Of a stretch of 64,000 nucleotides of DNA, positions 54,264 through 64,000 are shown in pieces. Made by a program: the position numbers and the translations under genes. This stretch comes from Nitrospirota bacterium (lineage in GTDB: Bacteria; Nitrospirota; Thermodesulfovibrionia; Thermodesulfovibrionales; JdFR-86): NCBI GenBank assembly GCA_963721805.1, contig CAVRJY010000002.1, positions 1 through 64,000 on the forward strand, given 5' to 3'. The notes below the pieces were generated by a model. The model searched no databases, had not been told where the DNA came from, and worked only from the letters and a program-made list of their open reading frames with translations. The stretch's first letter is position 1; the number at the start of each line of letters is the position of its first letter.

Positions 54264-55422
54264 ATTCCGCTGCCGCGTGGCCCGAGGCCCATGCCCAGTG
54301 CAGGTTATACCCGCCGAGGTCCCCCGTGACGTCGAGCACCTCGCCTATGAAGTAGAGCCCCTTCACCCCCGAGGCCTCGAAGGTCTTCGACGATATCGCT
54401 GTGGTGCGCACGCCGCCTTTCGTCACCTCCGCCTTGTCCCAGCCCTCTGTACCGGCCGGGATTATCTCCCACCTGCCGAGCCTCTCGGCGATCATGCGCA
54501 ACTCGCGCTCCGGGATCTCGCGCATCGGACGCGATCCTCCGGCCAGCCGCGCCAGCAGCTCGGCCAGGCGCTGCGGCATATGGCGGCCAAGCAGGGTCTT
54601 GAGTTCCATCTTCTCGGCGCGGCCATCCATCAGCACCTCAAGCGCATCAGGCATAAACTCGATATGAAGAGGCCTGCCGTCCGTCCAGTGCAGCGAGGCC
54701 CGAAGCCCGGCCGGGCCCGAGAGCCCGCGGTGAGTTATAAGGAGTTCGTCGCTGAGCTCGTGGCCGTCAGGGCAGAGGATCGTGACGTGGTGCGAGATGC
54801 CGGAGAGCTGCCCCCATACCGCGCGTTCGTCCTTGCTGAGCACGAACGGCACGAGCGCCGGGCGCGGCTGCACGACATCGAGCCCGAAGCTGCGGGCGAG
54901 GTCGAGGCCGAGCGCGGAGGCGCCGAGCTTTTCGTACGATAGCCCGCCAGTAGCTATCACCAGCGACTTGCACTCGATGATCCCGTGCACCTCCGTGAAC
55001 ACCCTGAAGCGCGCGCCCTTCTTATCCGCGCCCGCGACCTTCGCGCCGAACCGGAAGCCCGCCCCGGCAGCCGTCGCATCCTCATGGAGCATCGCCGCGA
55101 CCTGTGCGGCCGATCCGAGGCAGAACAGCCTTCCCTGCTCGCGCTCCTCCCATTCGATACCGTGGCGGTCCAGGAGCGCGGTGAAGTCGCGCGGAGTGAA
55201 CCGCGCGAGCGCTGATTTCACGAAGTGCGGATTTTCAGAGACGTAGTGCCCGGGGGTCATATCGAGGTTGCTGAAGTTGCACCTGCCGCCGCCGGTGGCC
55301 ATGATCTTCACTCCGGGCCGGGGGTTATGGTCGAGGACGAGCACGTCCCGGCCGCGAGACGCCGCGCCTGCCGCACAGATCAGCCCGGCCGCACCGGCCC
55401 CTATGATCACGACATCGTTCAT
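54256..55422 (-). CDS. HI0933/BaiN-like flavoprotein
   Basis: GAGAAG, GGGRCNFSN, AEVTKGGV, GGYNLHWAWASG. Confidence 0.92.
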   Translation of the reverse strand: MNDVVIIGAGAAGLICAAGAASRGRDVLVLDHNPRPGVKIMATGGGRCNFSNLDMTPGHYVSENPHFVKSALARFTPRDFTALLDRHGIEWEEREQGRLFCLGSAAQVAAMLHEDATAAGAGFRFGAKVAGADKKGARFRVFTEVHGIIECKSLVIATGGLSYEKLGASALGLDLARSFGLDVVQPRPALVPFVLSKDERAVWGQLSGISHHVTILCPDGHELSDELLITHRGLSGPAGLRASLHWTDGRPLHIEFMPDALEVLMDGRAEKMELKTLLGRHMPQRLAELLARLAGGSRPMREIPERELRMIAERLGRWEIIPAGTEGWDKAEVTKGGVRTTAISSKTFEASGVKGLYFIGEVLDVTGDLGGYNLHWAWASGHAAAEYV

Positions 55423-55553
55423 GATCTATATTCTACTTCAGCAGCCGTCCCGGCCGCATCCGCGCAGCGGAAACCCTTGACATGGAACGATGGGCTGCAT
55501 ATTATAGTTGCAGGTTAGGGTATGAAATGGCGGACAACCTAAGGAGGCGGAGG

Positions 55554-56735
55554 ATGGCTGGCATAGAGGAAGCGAGGAAAAGGCTGAACGTCCCCGCGGG
55601 CAACAGGCTGATCCTCTGCCTCGACGGCGGAGGGATACGAGGGATAATGACCCTGCAGCTCCTAAAGGCGCTCGAGGCCAGCGCAGGGGTATCGTGCCTC
55701 GAACTGTTCGATATGGTCGCCGGGACATCGACCGGCGGCATAATAGCGGGGCTGCTGGCCGCCGGCAAGACGATTGATGAGATCGGGGCCCTGTATGAGC
55801 AACTAGTAAAACAGGTATTCACTAAGAAAAGCGTCATAGCGAACCGCTTTGCAAACCCTCCCGAATACACCAAGAAATACTACCGCAAAAAGCTCAAGCA
55901 GACCACTGGCGATATCACGATTGCCGAGGCATGCAAGAAACAGAAGATCGACCTGATGCTGACATCCAAGGACGTGGCCGCGGGCGAGGAGACATTCTTC
56001 TCGTTCTTCCATGAGGACAGCACCGGGGCGAACACCTATGGCGAGGTGCTGCTTCGGGCCGCGATGGAGGCTACGATGTCAGCGCCGACGTACTTCACCC
56101 CTTTGGAGAGGTTCGTCGACGGCGGCGTCACGACATATAACAACCCCTCGCTCGCGGCCGTGATCGAGGCTGTGAAGTACGGCACGCCGGGCAAGTATTC
56201 GAGCGGCGCCCTTACGGTATTCAGCTTCGGCACCGGCTGCAGGCCGCAGTTTGTAAGCCCGGCGAACGTCCCCGACCCTGACGGCCCGGACGCCGCGTTC
56301 TGGCTCCAGTGGCTGATGACCGAGGCCGGTGACGACGCCTCGGACATGCAGGGCTTCCTCTTCCGCTCCGGCTTCATAGCAGGGCTCGATTACCGCCGTT
56401 TTCAGATCTCGCTCGATGAAAAAGCCATCGGGCAGCTCCCGGACTGCGATATCTCAGGCATCCCGGAGGTGAACGCGGACCGCCTCAAAGACCTCCCGGA
56501 CGAGGTACTGAAGGGCATCGCGCTCGATGACGTCGGCCGCTTTCCACTGATGAAGGTGATCGGCCGGCAGATGGCGGAATTCATAAGCGATAAGGAAAAC
56601 CAGCCGGACGGCCCCTTCACGCGTGGGCTGGTCGACGATGACGGGCGGGACCTGCTCGTAACGCGGATTGGAGATAAGGATGCTATTTTAAGGAACATGA
56701 GCGACCCGGCATGGCTCGACAGCCGTCCGGATTGA
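55554..56735 (+). CDS. Patatin-like phospholipase
   Basis: DGGGIRG, GTSTG, SAPTYF, DGG. Confidence 0.9.
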   Translation: MAGIEEARKRLNVPAGNRLILCLDGGGIRGIMTLQLLKALEASAGVSCLELFDMVAGTSTGGIIAGLLAAGKTIDEIGALYEQLVKQVFTKKSVIANRFANPPEYTKKYYRKKLKQTTGDITIAEACKKQKIDLMLTSKDVAAGEETFFSFFHEDSTGANTYGEVLLRAAMEATMSAPTYFTPLERFVDGGVTTYNNPSLAAVIEAVKYGTPGKYSSGALTVFSFGTGCRPQFVSPANVPDPDGPDAAFWLQWLMTEAGDDASDMQGFLFRSGFIAGLDYRRFQISLDEKAIGQLPDCDISGIPEVNADRLKDLPDEVLKGIALDDVGRFPLMKVIGRQMAEFISDKENQPDGPFTRGLVDDDGRDLLVTRIGDKDAILRNMSDPAWLDSRPD

Positions 56736-56787
56736 TGTTTGAGGCTATCGCGCTGAGGATATAAAACAGGGCGGCCCGTGAGGGCCG

Positions 56788-57822
56788 CTATTGATGCTGA
56801 GCGCGCGAGATCATCTGCTTGATGGCCTTCTTTGCGTTAATTTCAAGTATTTCAATCTCAGGGTGCATATTAGCGAAAACCCTGAAGACCTCGTCAGCAA
56901 AGGGCTGCCCGATAGTGTCTATACCCTCGAAATTCAATACGACCACCTTGAAACGTTCGAATCGCGCCAAAAGTCGTTTGGCCTGTGAGCGCGATATCAA
57001 TTGCTCATCTCCGTATCTGGCAAGGCGCACAGGTACGACAGTCTTTGAGAAGGTGAACTCCTCGTCGCTCGTAAACTTATTGAAAACGCCCTGTGTGGTA
57101 CGGGTCGTGCCGTTATTGAGCTCCATATAAACCCCTGTGCCCATTACATCATCATCGTGGTTCAGTGCCCAGTATTTGTCGCTGGCTGCTCGGTGAGAAA
57201 ATGACATGTCGTGTGAGTAAATAACAAAATAGTCAAACATATTGGAGGTAAAAAAAATTCCTTCACCGGAGTGTCTAGTCGGGTCGGTCGTAAGTTTTCC
57301 TTTAGAGAGTTCCAGAATCGCATGGTGTTCGTCTTCAAGGTTTAGTTTGCGGACGAGTTTCCTGAATATGCCTTCTCCGTCATCCATGATATTAACCTTG
57401 GTGCTTGCAGTCGTCATCTTGATAGTTACTATGATAACTTTGCCGCCGGAATGATCGATAGCGTTATTGAGCATCTCAGTGAACCCATACTGGAGAATAT
57501 CCATGACGTTATTGGGAAGCCCCTGCTCATGAAGTTTTGGTGCTATATCATTTCTCCATACCACGTCCTCCTGAAGCTTTCCGTCTAGCTTGTAGGATGT
57601 TTTTAACTCAAAGATCGGTGCAGGCTTATATATGCGACTGCGTCTCTCGCCTTCGGCGATAAGCTTTTTATCGGCCACAAGCGATTGCAGGTGCTTGCCA
57701 ACGGCCTGACGTGAGATGCCGAAATGCTCCGCTGAATATGAGGCGATGTCATTTTTGTGGGCGCTTACGTGAGACAGGATAAACCGCCTGACATCCTCAC
57801 TCTTTGTGCGCTTGACCGCCAT
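56788..57822 (-). CDS. HTH-HATPase-STAS-like (DUF4325) protein
   Basis: ISRQAV..HL, EMLNNAIDHS, DDGEGIF, HSGEGIFF, LISRSQAK, FADEVF. Confidence 0.8.
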   Translation of the reverse strand: MAVKRTKSEDVRRFILSHVSAHKNDIASYSAEHFGISRQAVGKHLQSLVADKKLIAEGERRSRIYKPAPIFELKTSYKLDGKLQEDVVWRNDIAPKLHEQGLPNNVMDILQYGFTEMLNNAIDHSGGKVIIVTIKMTTASTKVNIMDDGEGIFRKLVRKLNLEDEHHAILELSKGKLTTDPTRHSGEGIFFTSNMFDYFVIYSHDMSFSHRAASDKYWALNHDDDVMGTGVYMELNNGTTRTTQGVFNKFTSDEEFTFSKTVVPVRLARYGDEQLISRSQAKRLLARFERFKVVVLNFEGIDTIGQPFADEVFRVFANMHPEIEILEINAKKAIKQMISRAQHQ

Positions 57823-57994
57823 TATTCGGCCATCTCCTGATTGACAATATCCATAGCTTATTTTAGCAACTTATATGGTATATTTGTCAATGTTAAATGG
57901 TAAGTAAAAAACATGGGGCGGCCCCTGCGGGCCGCCCCATGTGGAAAATCGACTCCTTATACCCCGACAAATCCAGAGGATTTGGGGGGAGTGT

Positions 57995-59758
57995 TTAGAA
58001 TAATCCCTTGACCTTGCCGGTCTCGGTATCGACGTCCACCCTGCGGTAGGCTGGGTCTGAGCTCGTGCCGGGCATGAGCTTTATCGTGCCCGCGACCGGG
58101 ACGACGAAACCCGCGCCCTTGTAAGTGAGGATGTCGCGGATCTGGAGCCTCCAGCCCTTCGGCACGCCTTTTAAGCTCGGGTTGTCGGTCAGGGAGAGGT
58201 GGGTCTTGACCATGCAGGTGCCGAGCTTCGCGAGCTCCGGGTCGGCCTCCATCTTTTTTGCCTTGGCCTCGGCCTCGGCCGTGTAGTCCACGCCGTCAGC
58301 GCCGTAGACCTCGGTAGCGATCAGCTCGATGCGCTTTCTAAGCGGGGTCTCGATCTCGTAGAGGAACTTGAAGTCGTTAGGCTCGTTGCACGCGTCGACG
58401 ACCGCGTCGGCGAGCTCGAGCGCGCCCTCTCCGCCGTACTGCCAGTGCTTGCTAAGCGCGACGCGCGCCCCCGCGGCCTCGGCGATCCTCCGCACGGCCT
58501 TGATCTCGTTGTCCGTGTCGCTGTAGAAGGCGTTGATGCAGACGACCGGGTTGATCCCGGCCTTCTTGATGGTGTTGACGTGGTGGATGAGGTTCGCGCA
58601 TCCGGCCTCGACCCAGCCGACGTTCTCGCCGGTGTACTCCGACGGCATCGGCTTTCCGGGCACAGGGATCGGCGCGCCGCCGTGGCACTTAAGCGCGCGT
58701 ATCGTCGCGACGAGCACGGCCGCGTGCGGTTTTAATCCGGAATAGCGGCACTTCAGGTTCCAGAACTTCTCGAATCCGATGTCGGCCGCGAAGCCGCTCT
58801 CGGTGACGTTGTAGTCCGCGAGCTTCAGGCCGATGCGGTCAGCGATGATCGAGCTCTGCCCGATCGCGATATTCGCGAAAGGCCCGGCGTGCACGAGCAC
58901 GGGCTGGCCCTCGATCGTCTGGATGAGGTTCGGGTTTAGGGCCTCGACCATCCATGCGGTCATCGCGCCCGCGACGTCGAGGTCCTCGGTCGTGATCGGC
59001 GCGCCGCTCTTGCTGTATGCCACGACCATCCTGCCCATGCGCTCGCGCATGTCCTTGAGGTCCTTCGCCACGGCCAGTATCGCCATGATCTCGGACGATA
59101 CCGCTATCGCGAAGCCGGACTGCATCATGAAGCCGTCCATCTTGGTGCCCATGCCGATTACGATGTTGCGCAGCGACTGGGCGCAGAAGTCGATGATCCA
59201 CTTCATCTCGACGTTGCGCGGGTCGATGTCGAGCCTCTTGAGTTTTCTCTTGGCAAGCTGCTCGTCGTTATAGTTGGCCTCGTGCTGCATGCGGGAGGTA
59301 AGGGCGACCATCGCGAGGTTGTGCGCGTTGATGATCGCGTTCATGTCGCCCGTGAGGCCGAGCGAGAACGGCGTAAGCGGGATGCACTGGCTCAGGCCGC
59401 CGCCCGCTGCCGAGCCCTTGATGTTCATCGTCGGGCCGCCGGAGGGCTGGCGGATAGCGGCTATTACGCTCTTGCCTCGCTTGCCGAGGCCCTGCGTCAG
59501 GCCGATCGTGGTCGTGGACTTGCCCTCGCCAAGGGGCGTGGGGGTGATCGCGGTGACGTCGATGTACTTGCCGTCGGGCCTGCCCGCGGTGCGCTTCAGC
59601 ACGGCCTTGAAATCGATCTTGCCGATGTGGTGGCCGTGGGGCAGGAGCTCCTGCTTCTCGAGGCCGAGTTTCTCGGCAATCTCGTATATGCTCTTCATGT
59701 TCTTCTCGGCGTCTTCTGCTATCTGCCAGTCTGCGTTCTTCGTCGGATCAAGCGCCAT
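57995..59758 (-). CDS. fhs: Formate--tetrahydrofolate ligase
   Basis: [26 protein letters not shown]. Confidence 0.96.
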   Translation of the reverse strand: MALDPTKNADWQIAEDAEKNMKSIYEIAEKLGLEKQELLPHGHHIGKIDFKAVLKRTAGRPDGKYIDVTAITPTPLGEGKSTTTIGLTQGLGKRGKSVIAAIRQPSGGPTMNIKGSAAGGGLSQCIPLTPFSLGLTGDMNAIINAHNLAMVALTSRMQHEANYNDEQLAKRKLKRLDIDPRNVEMKWIIDFCAQSLRNIVIGMGTKMDGFMMQSGFAIAVSSEIMAILAVAKDLKDMRERMGRMVVAYSKSGAPITTEDLDVAGAMTAWMVEALNPNLIQTIEGQPVLVHAGPFANIAIGQSSIIADRIGLKLADYNVTESGFAADIGFEKFWNLKCRYSGLKPHAAVLVATIRALKCHGGAPIPVPGKPMPSEYTGENVGWVEAGCANLIHHVNTIKKAGINPVVCINAFYSDTDNEIKAVRRIAEAAGARVALSKHWQYGGEGALELADAVVDACNEPNDFKFLYEIETPLRKRIELIATEVYGADGVDYTAEAEAKAKKMEADPELAKLGTCMVKTHLSLTDNPSLKGVPKGWRLQIRDILTYKGAGFVVPVAGTIKLMPGTSSDPAYRRVDVDTETGKVKGLF

Positions 59759-59854
59759 CTCTCTCTAGTCCTCCCTGTATGGTATAGTGCATGTCATCTC
59801 GCGCAATCATCTATAGTGCAATTAGGCGGCCCCCAAGCGGAGGCCGCCTTCATA

Positions 59855-61693
59855 TCATTCCCTGTCTATGGATGCGAACTTGCAGGCGTCGAAGCACGCA
59901 CCGCACTTTATGCACTTGTCCTGGTCGATCTCGTGCGGCTTTTTCTTCTCGCCGGAGACCGCTCCCGAGGGGCATGCGCGCTTGCACGCGCCGCATCCGG
60001 TGCAGGTCTTGGGTATGACCAGGTACTTAAGCAGCGGCTTGCAGACCTTGGCCGGGCACCGGCCCTGGATGTGCGCCTCGTACTCGTCGCGGAAATAGCG
60101 TATCGTGCTAAGTATCGGGTTGGGCGCGCCCTGCCCCAAGCCGCAGAGCGAGGAGTCGATGACCGTCCTGCCGAGGTCCTCGAGCGTCTCGATGTCGCCG
60201 GGCTTGCCGTGGCCGGTCGTGATGCGCTCCATGATCTCAAGGAGGCGCTTCGTCCCGATGCGGCACGGGACGCACTTGCCGCACGACTCCTCCTGCGTGA
60301 AGTGCAGGAAGTACTTGGCGATGCTCACCATGCAGTCGTCCTCGTCCAGTACGATCATCCCGCCGGAGCCCACGAACGAGCCGATCTTCTTCAGCGACTC
60401 AAAATCCACCGGCGTGTCGATCAGCGAGTAGGGGATGCAGCCTCCGGATGGCCCTCCGGTCTGTACGGCTTTGAGCTGCTTGTCGCCCTCGATCCCGCCG
60501 CCCACGTTATAGATGATCTCGCGTAGCGGCATGCCCATCGGGACCTCGATCAGCCCGGTGTTGCGCACCTTGCCGGTCAGGGCGAAGGCCTTAGTGCCGG
60601 TCGACTGCTCGGTGCCATAGGACTTAAACCAGTCCGCGCCCTTGACTATGATGTACGGGACGTTGGCGAACGTCTCGACGTTGTTTAAGACCGAGGGCTT
60701 GTTCCAGAGGCCCTTGTATACGGAGTTCGGCGGGGTCTGGCGGGGCATCCCGCGCTTGCCCTCGATAGAGCGCATAAGGGCGGTGGACTCTCCGCATACG
60801 AACGCCCCGGCGCCCTGGTAGAGGTCGATCTCGAGCGAGTAGCCGGTGCCGAGGATGTTCTTGCCCAGCAGGTTGCGCTCCTTGGCCTCGCGGATAGCGA
60901 TGTTCAGGCGCTCTACGGCTATGGGGTATTCGGCCCGGACGTATATGTAGCCCTGGTCAGCGCCTATGGCGTAGCCGCCGATTATCATGCCCTCGATGAC
61001 GGAGTGGGGGTTGCCCTCCAGTATCGCGCGGTCCATGAACGCGCCGGGGTCGCCCTCGTCCGCGTTGCAGATGATGTAGTGCTGGTCGGACTGCGCCTTG
61101 CGGCAGCTGTCCCACTTGCGCCCTGTAGGGAAGCCCGCGCCGCCGCGGCCGCGAAGGCCGGACTGCGTGATCACGTCGATGACCGCCTCCTGGCTCATCG
61201 GGGAGCGGACGAACTGCGCGGTTCCGCAGGAGCACTCGGAACTCTCGGCGGCCGTTTTATCTGCGGAAGGGGCGGGAGCGAGGACCTTCCTTAGCGCCGC
61301 GTACCCCCCGGCGCTGATGTATGACTCTATGCTCTCGGGGTCCACGACGCCCACGTCCGCAAGCACGATCTTGGCCTGGCCCTTGTGGAACTTGTGGTAT
61401 TCCTCCGGCACGAGCCACTCGGCCACCGGAGTGCCGCCCGCGACGTGCTCGGCCACGATGCGCTCGACCATATCGGGCTTGACGTACTGATAGGTGAATG
61501 AGCCGTTATCGGCTATCACCTCGACCAGGCAGTCGCGCGAGCAGAGGCCCTTGCAGCCGACCTGGTGCATCGAGCAGTGCTGCTTGATCGTGGCGGTCAC
61601 GTTTGCGGCCGCGAGGGAGCCCTCGAACGCCTTTATGACGTCAGCGCCGCCGGTGGCTATGCCTCCGGGGCCCATGCAGATGCGGATTTCCAT
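59855..61693 (-). CDS. NuoF/HydB-like NADH-binding flavo-FeS subunit
   Basis: GLRGRGGAGF, NADEGDPG, GAFVCGE, SCGKCVPCR, two C-terminal 4Fe-4S motifs. Confidence 0.92.
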   Translation of the reverse strand: MEIRICMGPGGIATGGADVIKAFEGSLAAANVTATIKQHCSMHQVGCKGLCSRDCLVEVIADNGSFTYQYVKPDMVERIVAEHVAGGTPVAEWLVPEEYHKFHKGQAKIVLADVGVVDPESIESYISAGGYAALRKVLAPAPSADKTAAESSECSCGTAQFVRSPMSQEAVIDVITQSGLRGRGGAGFPTGRKWDSCRKAQSDQHYIICNADEGDPGAFMDRAILEGNPHSVIEGMIIGGYAIGADQGYIYVRAEYPIAVERLNIAIREAKERNLLGKNILGTGYSLEIDLYQGAGAFVCGESTALMRSIEGKRGMPRQTPPNSVYKGLWNKPSVLNNVETFANVPYIIVKGADWFKSYGTEQSTGTKAFALTGKVRNTGLIEVPMGMPLREIIYNVGGGIEGDKQLKAVQTGGPSGGCIPYSLIDTPVDFESLKKIGSFVGSGGMIVLDEDDCMVSIAKYFLHFTQEESCGKCVPCRIGTKRLLEIMERITTGHGKPGDIETLEDLGRTVIDSSLCGLGQGAPNPILSTIRYFRDEYEAHIQGRCPAKVCKPLLKYLVIPKTCTGCGACKRACPSGAVSGEKKKPHEIDQDKCIKCGACFDACKFASIDRE

Positions 61694-61697
61694 ATTC

Positions 61698-62195
61698 CTA
61701 TAGTCCTTTCAGGTGCCTGATTTCCTTGACAACCGCATCGGGCTTCGCGGTACCATGGACCTTCTTGTTGATCAGCACGGCGGGGGCCATCGAGCAGGTG
61801 CCGAGGCAGGCGACTCGCTCTAAGGTGAACTCCATGTCCTCGGTCGTCCGGCCGCCGTCCTCGAGCCCGAGCTCGGCCTCGGCCTTGGCGTAGATCTTCT
61901 CGGAGCCCTTGACGTGGCACGCGGTGCCGCAGCATACGGTGATCACATTGCGGCCCTTCGGCTCGTGGTAGAACAGCGAGTAGAACGTCGCCACGCCGTA
62001 GAACTTGCTGCGCGGGACGTTCAGGCGGTCGGCGATCCAGTTGACCGCCTCCTCCGGCACGTAGCCGAAGATCTCCTGCATCTCCTGAAGGACAGGGATC
62101 GTGTTGCCCGGCATAGCCCGGTATTTTTCGTAGACGCCCGAGAGTTTTTCGATCGCGCCCGGAGCCGACAAGACGGAAGTCGCAGTATCGCCCAT
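61698..62195 (-). CDS. NuoE/HydC-like 2Fe-2S subunit
   Basis: VATFY, C.GTACHV, CLGTC..AP. Confidence 0.92.
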   Translation of the reverse strand: MGDTATSVLSAPGAIEKLSGVYEKYRAMPGNTIPVLQEMQEIFGYVPEEAVNWIADRLNVPRSKFYGVATFYSLFYHEPKGRNVITVCCGTACHVKGSEKIYAKAEAELGLEDGGRTTEDMEFTLERVACLGTCSMAPAVLINKKVHGTAKPDAVVKEIRHLKGL

Positions 62196-62306
62196 GAGTT
62201 AGTCTCCCTTTGGAAAGCCGGATTAGATATTGTATATGATGAATACGCTATTTTCAACGAAAAGCCCTAATTAAGGCTATTTAAATTATTTATTTATTAA
62301 TTGCTA

Positions 62307-62633
62307 TCAGCGCATCTGAAGCGGCCTGCGCTCCGGCACGTACGCGTGCCTGAGCACGCCGGAGTTCCATTCCCGGCTTACGTACAGGCCGCAGTAGCAG
62401 CTCCCGAACTCAGCGACGTCAGGCTCGCGGTAGACGCACGGGCATATGATGTCGCGGTCGGCCTCGCGGTCGTTCTTCGCCAGGCGGCACGGGCATGAGC
62501 GGTAGCCGTAGCGTGCCTCGTTTTTAAGCAGCCCCTCCATGAGCTGAAGGACATGCCCCTCGTCCGCGTTAAGCTCGAAGCCCTGTTGAGCCGCGAACTT
62601 GCGAAGCGTCTCCATCAGGCGTTCGGGCGTCAT
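62307..62633 (-). CDS. Ferredoxin-thioredoxin reductase catalytic subunit-like
   Basis: CPC, CPC and CYC motifs. Confidence 0.9.
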   Translation of the reverse strand: MTPERLMETLRKFAAQQGFELNADEGHVLQLMEGLLKNEARYGYRSCPCRLAKNDREADRDIICPCVYREPDVAEFGSCYCGLYVSREWNSGVLRHAYVPERRPLQMR

Positions 62634-62884
62634 TTCCCTGTACAGGCCTCGCGGATCTTCTCCTCGTCATAGCCAACGATCACCTGATCGCCGACGATCA
62701 TCGTCGGGAAGGTCATCGCGGGGTTGTATTTCTTGACCTCGTTTGAGGCTGACCATTGCGAGGAGCCCTCCAGCGTGTCGACCTCGGTGCAGTCGTAGGC
62801 CACGCCGAGGGAGTCCAGCAGGGCCTTCGTCTTGCGGCAGGCCGGGCAGGTGCTCAGGGCATAGAGCTTAACGTTAGTCTGCAT
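62630..62884 (-). CDS. Glutaredoxin family protein
   Basis: CPAC, TFPT, IVGY. Confidence 0.9.
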   Translation of the reverse strand: MQTNVKLYALSTCPACRKTKALLDSLGVAYDCTEVDTLEGSSQWSASNEVKKYNPAMTFPTMIVGDQVIVGYDEEKIREACTGK

Positions 62885-62968
62885 GCGGGCTCCTTTCGTA
62901 TAGTTATATTATAACAGGCCGGAGTGCGGCGTTTGTTATAATTGGGGATAAGGCAAGGGGAGGGCGCA

Positions 62969-63817
62969 TTGACGCCAAATCTTACGATAGGCGAGGTCAA
63001 GATAACGTGGCTGCACGGCGGGGTATTCGAGCTCGACGGCGGGACGATGTTCGGCCCGGTGCCGCGCGTGCTCTGGGAAAAACGCTTCGCCTACCACGGG
63101 GACAACTACATAAGCCTGCTTAACCACCCGATGCTCGTGCGCGCCCCATGGGGTACAGCGATAATCGACACCGGCCTGGGCAACAAGCTCACCGAGAAGC
63201 AAAAAAAGATATTCCGCGTGACCGAGGACTGGCGGCTGCTGGAATCGCTCGCGGAGCAGGGCGTCAGCCGCGATCAGATAGACTTCGTGGTGCTCACCCA
63301 CCTCGATTACGACCACGCCGGGGGCGTGGTGATGCATAACCAAGAAGGCGTGGCGGAGCTCACGTTCCCGCGCGCGCAGCACATTGTGCAGCGTGCGGAG
63401 TGGGAGGATGCGATATCGCCTAATAAGCGCGCCGCGCACTCCTACTGGAAGCGGAACTTTGATGGGCTGGTAGCGGGTGAGAACCTCTTGCTCGCTGAAG
63501 GCCCGCACGAGGTGATGGAGGGGTTGGCCGTGTTCCCGACCGGGGGCCACACGCGCGGGCATCAGGCCGTGGTCATATCCTCCGGCGGGCAGAAGGCGGT
63601 GCACCTGGCCGACCTGCTGCCCACGCACGCGCACTTTAACCCGCTCTGGGTTACGTCATACGACAACTTCCCTCTCGATGCGGTCGAGCGCAAGGAGCAG
63701 TTCGAAAAACTCTTCGTCTCTCAGGGCGCGTGGTTTCTCTTCTACCACGACCCGTTCATGGCCGCGTGCCGCTTCGACCCCAGGGGCGAGGTCATCGAGA
63801 AACTTGACTGGCGCTGA
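62969..63817 (+). CDS. Metallo-beta-lactamase fold hydrolase (YtnP-like)
   Basis: [29 protein letters not shown]. Confidence 0.88.
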   Translation: MTPNLTIGEVKITWLHGGVFELDGGTMFGPVPRVLWEKRFAYHGDNYISLLNHPMLVRAPWGTAIIDTGLGNKLTEKQKKIFRVTEDWRLLESLAEQGVSRDQIDFVVLTHLDYDHAGGVVMHNQEGVAELTFPRAQHIVQRAEWEDAISPNKRAAHSYWKRNFDGLVAGENLLLAEGPHEVMEGLAVFPTGGHTRGHQAVVISSGGQKAVHLADLLPTHAHFNPLWVTSYDNFPLDAVERKEQFEKLFVSQGAWFLFYHDPFMAACRFDPRGEVIEKLDWR

Positions 63818-64000
63818 TGCCTAAGAAAGCCGTCATCGTCGGCGCGGGCCCGGCCGGGCTCACCGCCGCGTATGAACTGCTCACCAGGACCGATATCGTC
63901 CCGACGGTGCTTGAGGCCTCCGAAGACATCGGCGGCATCTCGAAGACCGTCCATTACAAGGGCAACCGCATCGACATCGGAGGGCACCGCTTCTTCTCGA
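63817..64000 (+). CDS. FAD-dependent oxidoreductase (partial, runs off the window)
   Basis: [21 protein letters not shown]...GGISKT...DIGGHRFFS. Confidence 0.85.
   Translation, partial: MPKKAVIVGAGPAGLTAAYELLTRTDIVPTVLEASEDIGGISKTVHYKGNRIDIGGHRFFS

Noticed and set aside
55554..56735. Patatin as a CBASS/CapV effector
   Set aside because: No CD-NTase or other CBASS gene nearby, and composition is host-like.
59855..62195. Respiratory complex I nuoE/nuoF
   Set aside because: No other nuo genes, and the domain layout is HydB-type, so gene symbols were withheld.

Overview
Bacterial window with two parts; a Nitrospirota- or deltaproteobacteria-like anaerobe is only a guess from gene style. (1) Positions 1-36873 are mostly accessory DNA marked by two 3'-tRNA fragments that look like att sites: tRNA-Ser-like at 24904-24934 next to a tyrosine integrase, and tRNA-Thr(CGT) at 36828-36873. 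The AT-rich 1-24.9 kb element carries an unannotated P-loop helicase-like gene running off the left edge, and a dndBCDE phosphorothioation operon. Back-to-back with dndBCDE is a three-gene operon (GIY-YIG nuclease, large DGQHR protein, HEPN-motif protein) that is not DndFGH or PbeABCD. The element also has an AEP primase-DUF927 helicase with a GGTTAGAA iteron array, and stress/flagellar-type cargo. The 25-36.8 kb segment holds a porin, kdpFABC-E without kdpD, a Na+/H+ antiporter and decayed VirD4-like and primase genes. (2) Positions 37-64 kb are GC-rich and core-like: Tex, a diguanylate cyclase, a sigma-54-type nitrogen cluster (porin, AAA-less NifA-like protein, two glnK/amtB pairs) interrupted by a PIN-like gene between inverted MITE-like repeats, maf, patatin, nuoEF-like genes with fhs, and FTR/glutaredoxin. 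Many genes have single-base frameshifts that are probably long-read errors, so their boundaries are approximate. All product calls come from motif recognition by eye, not database searches.
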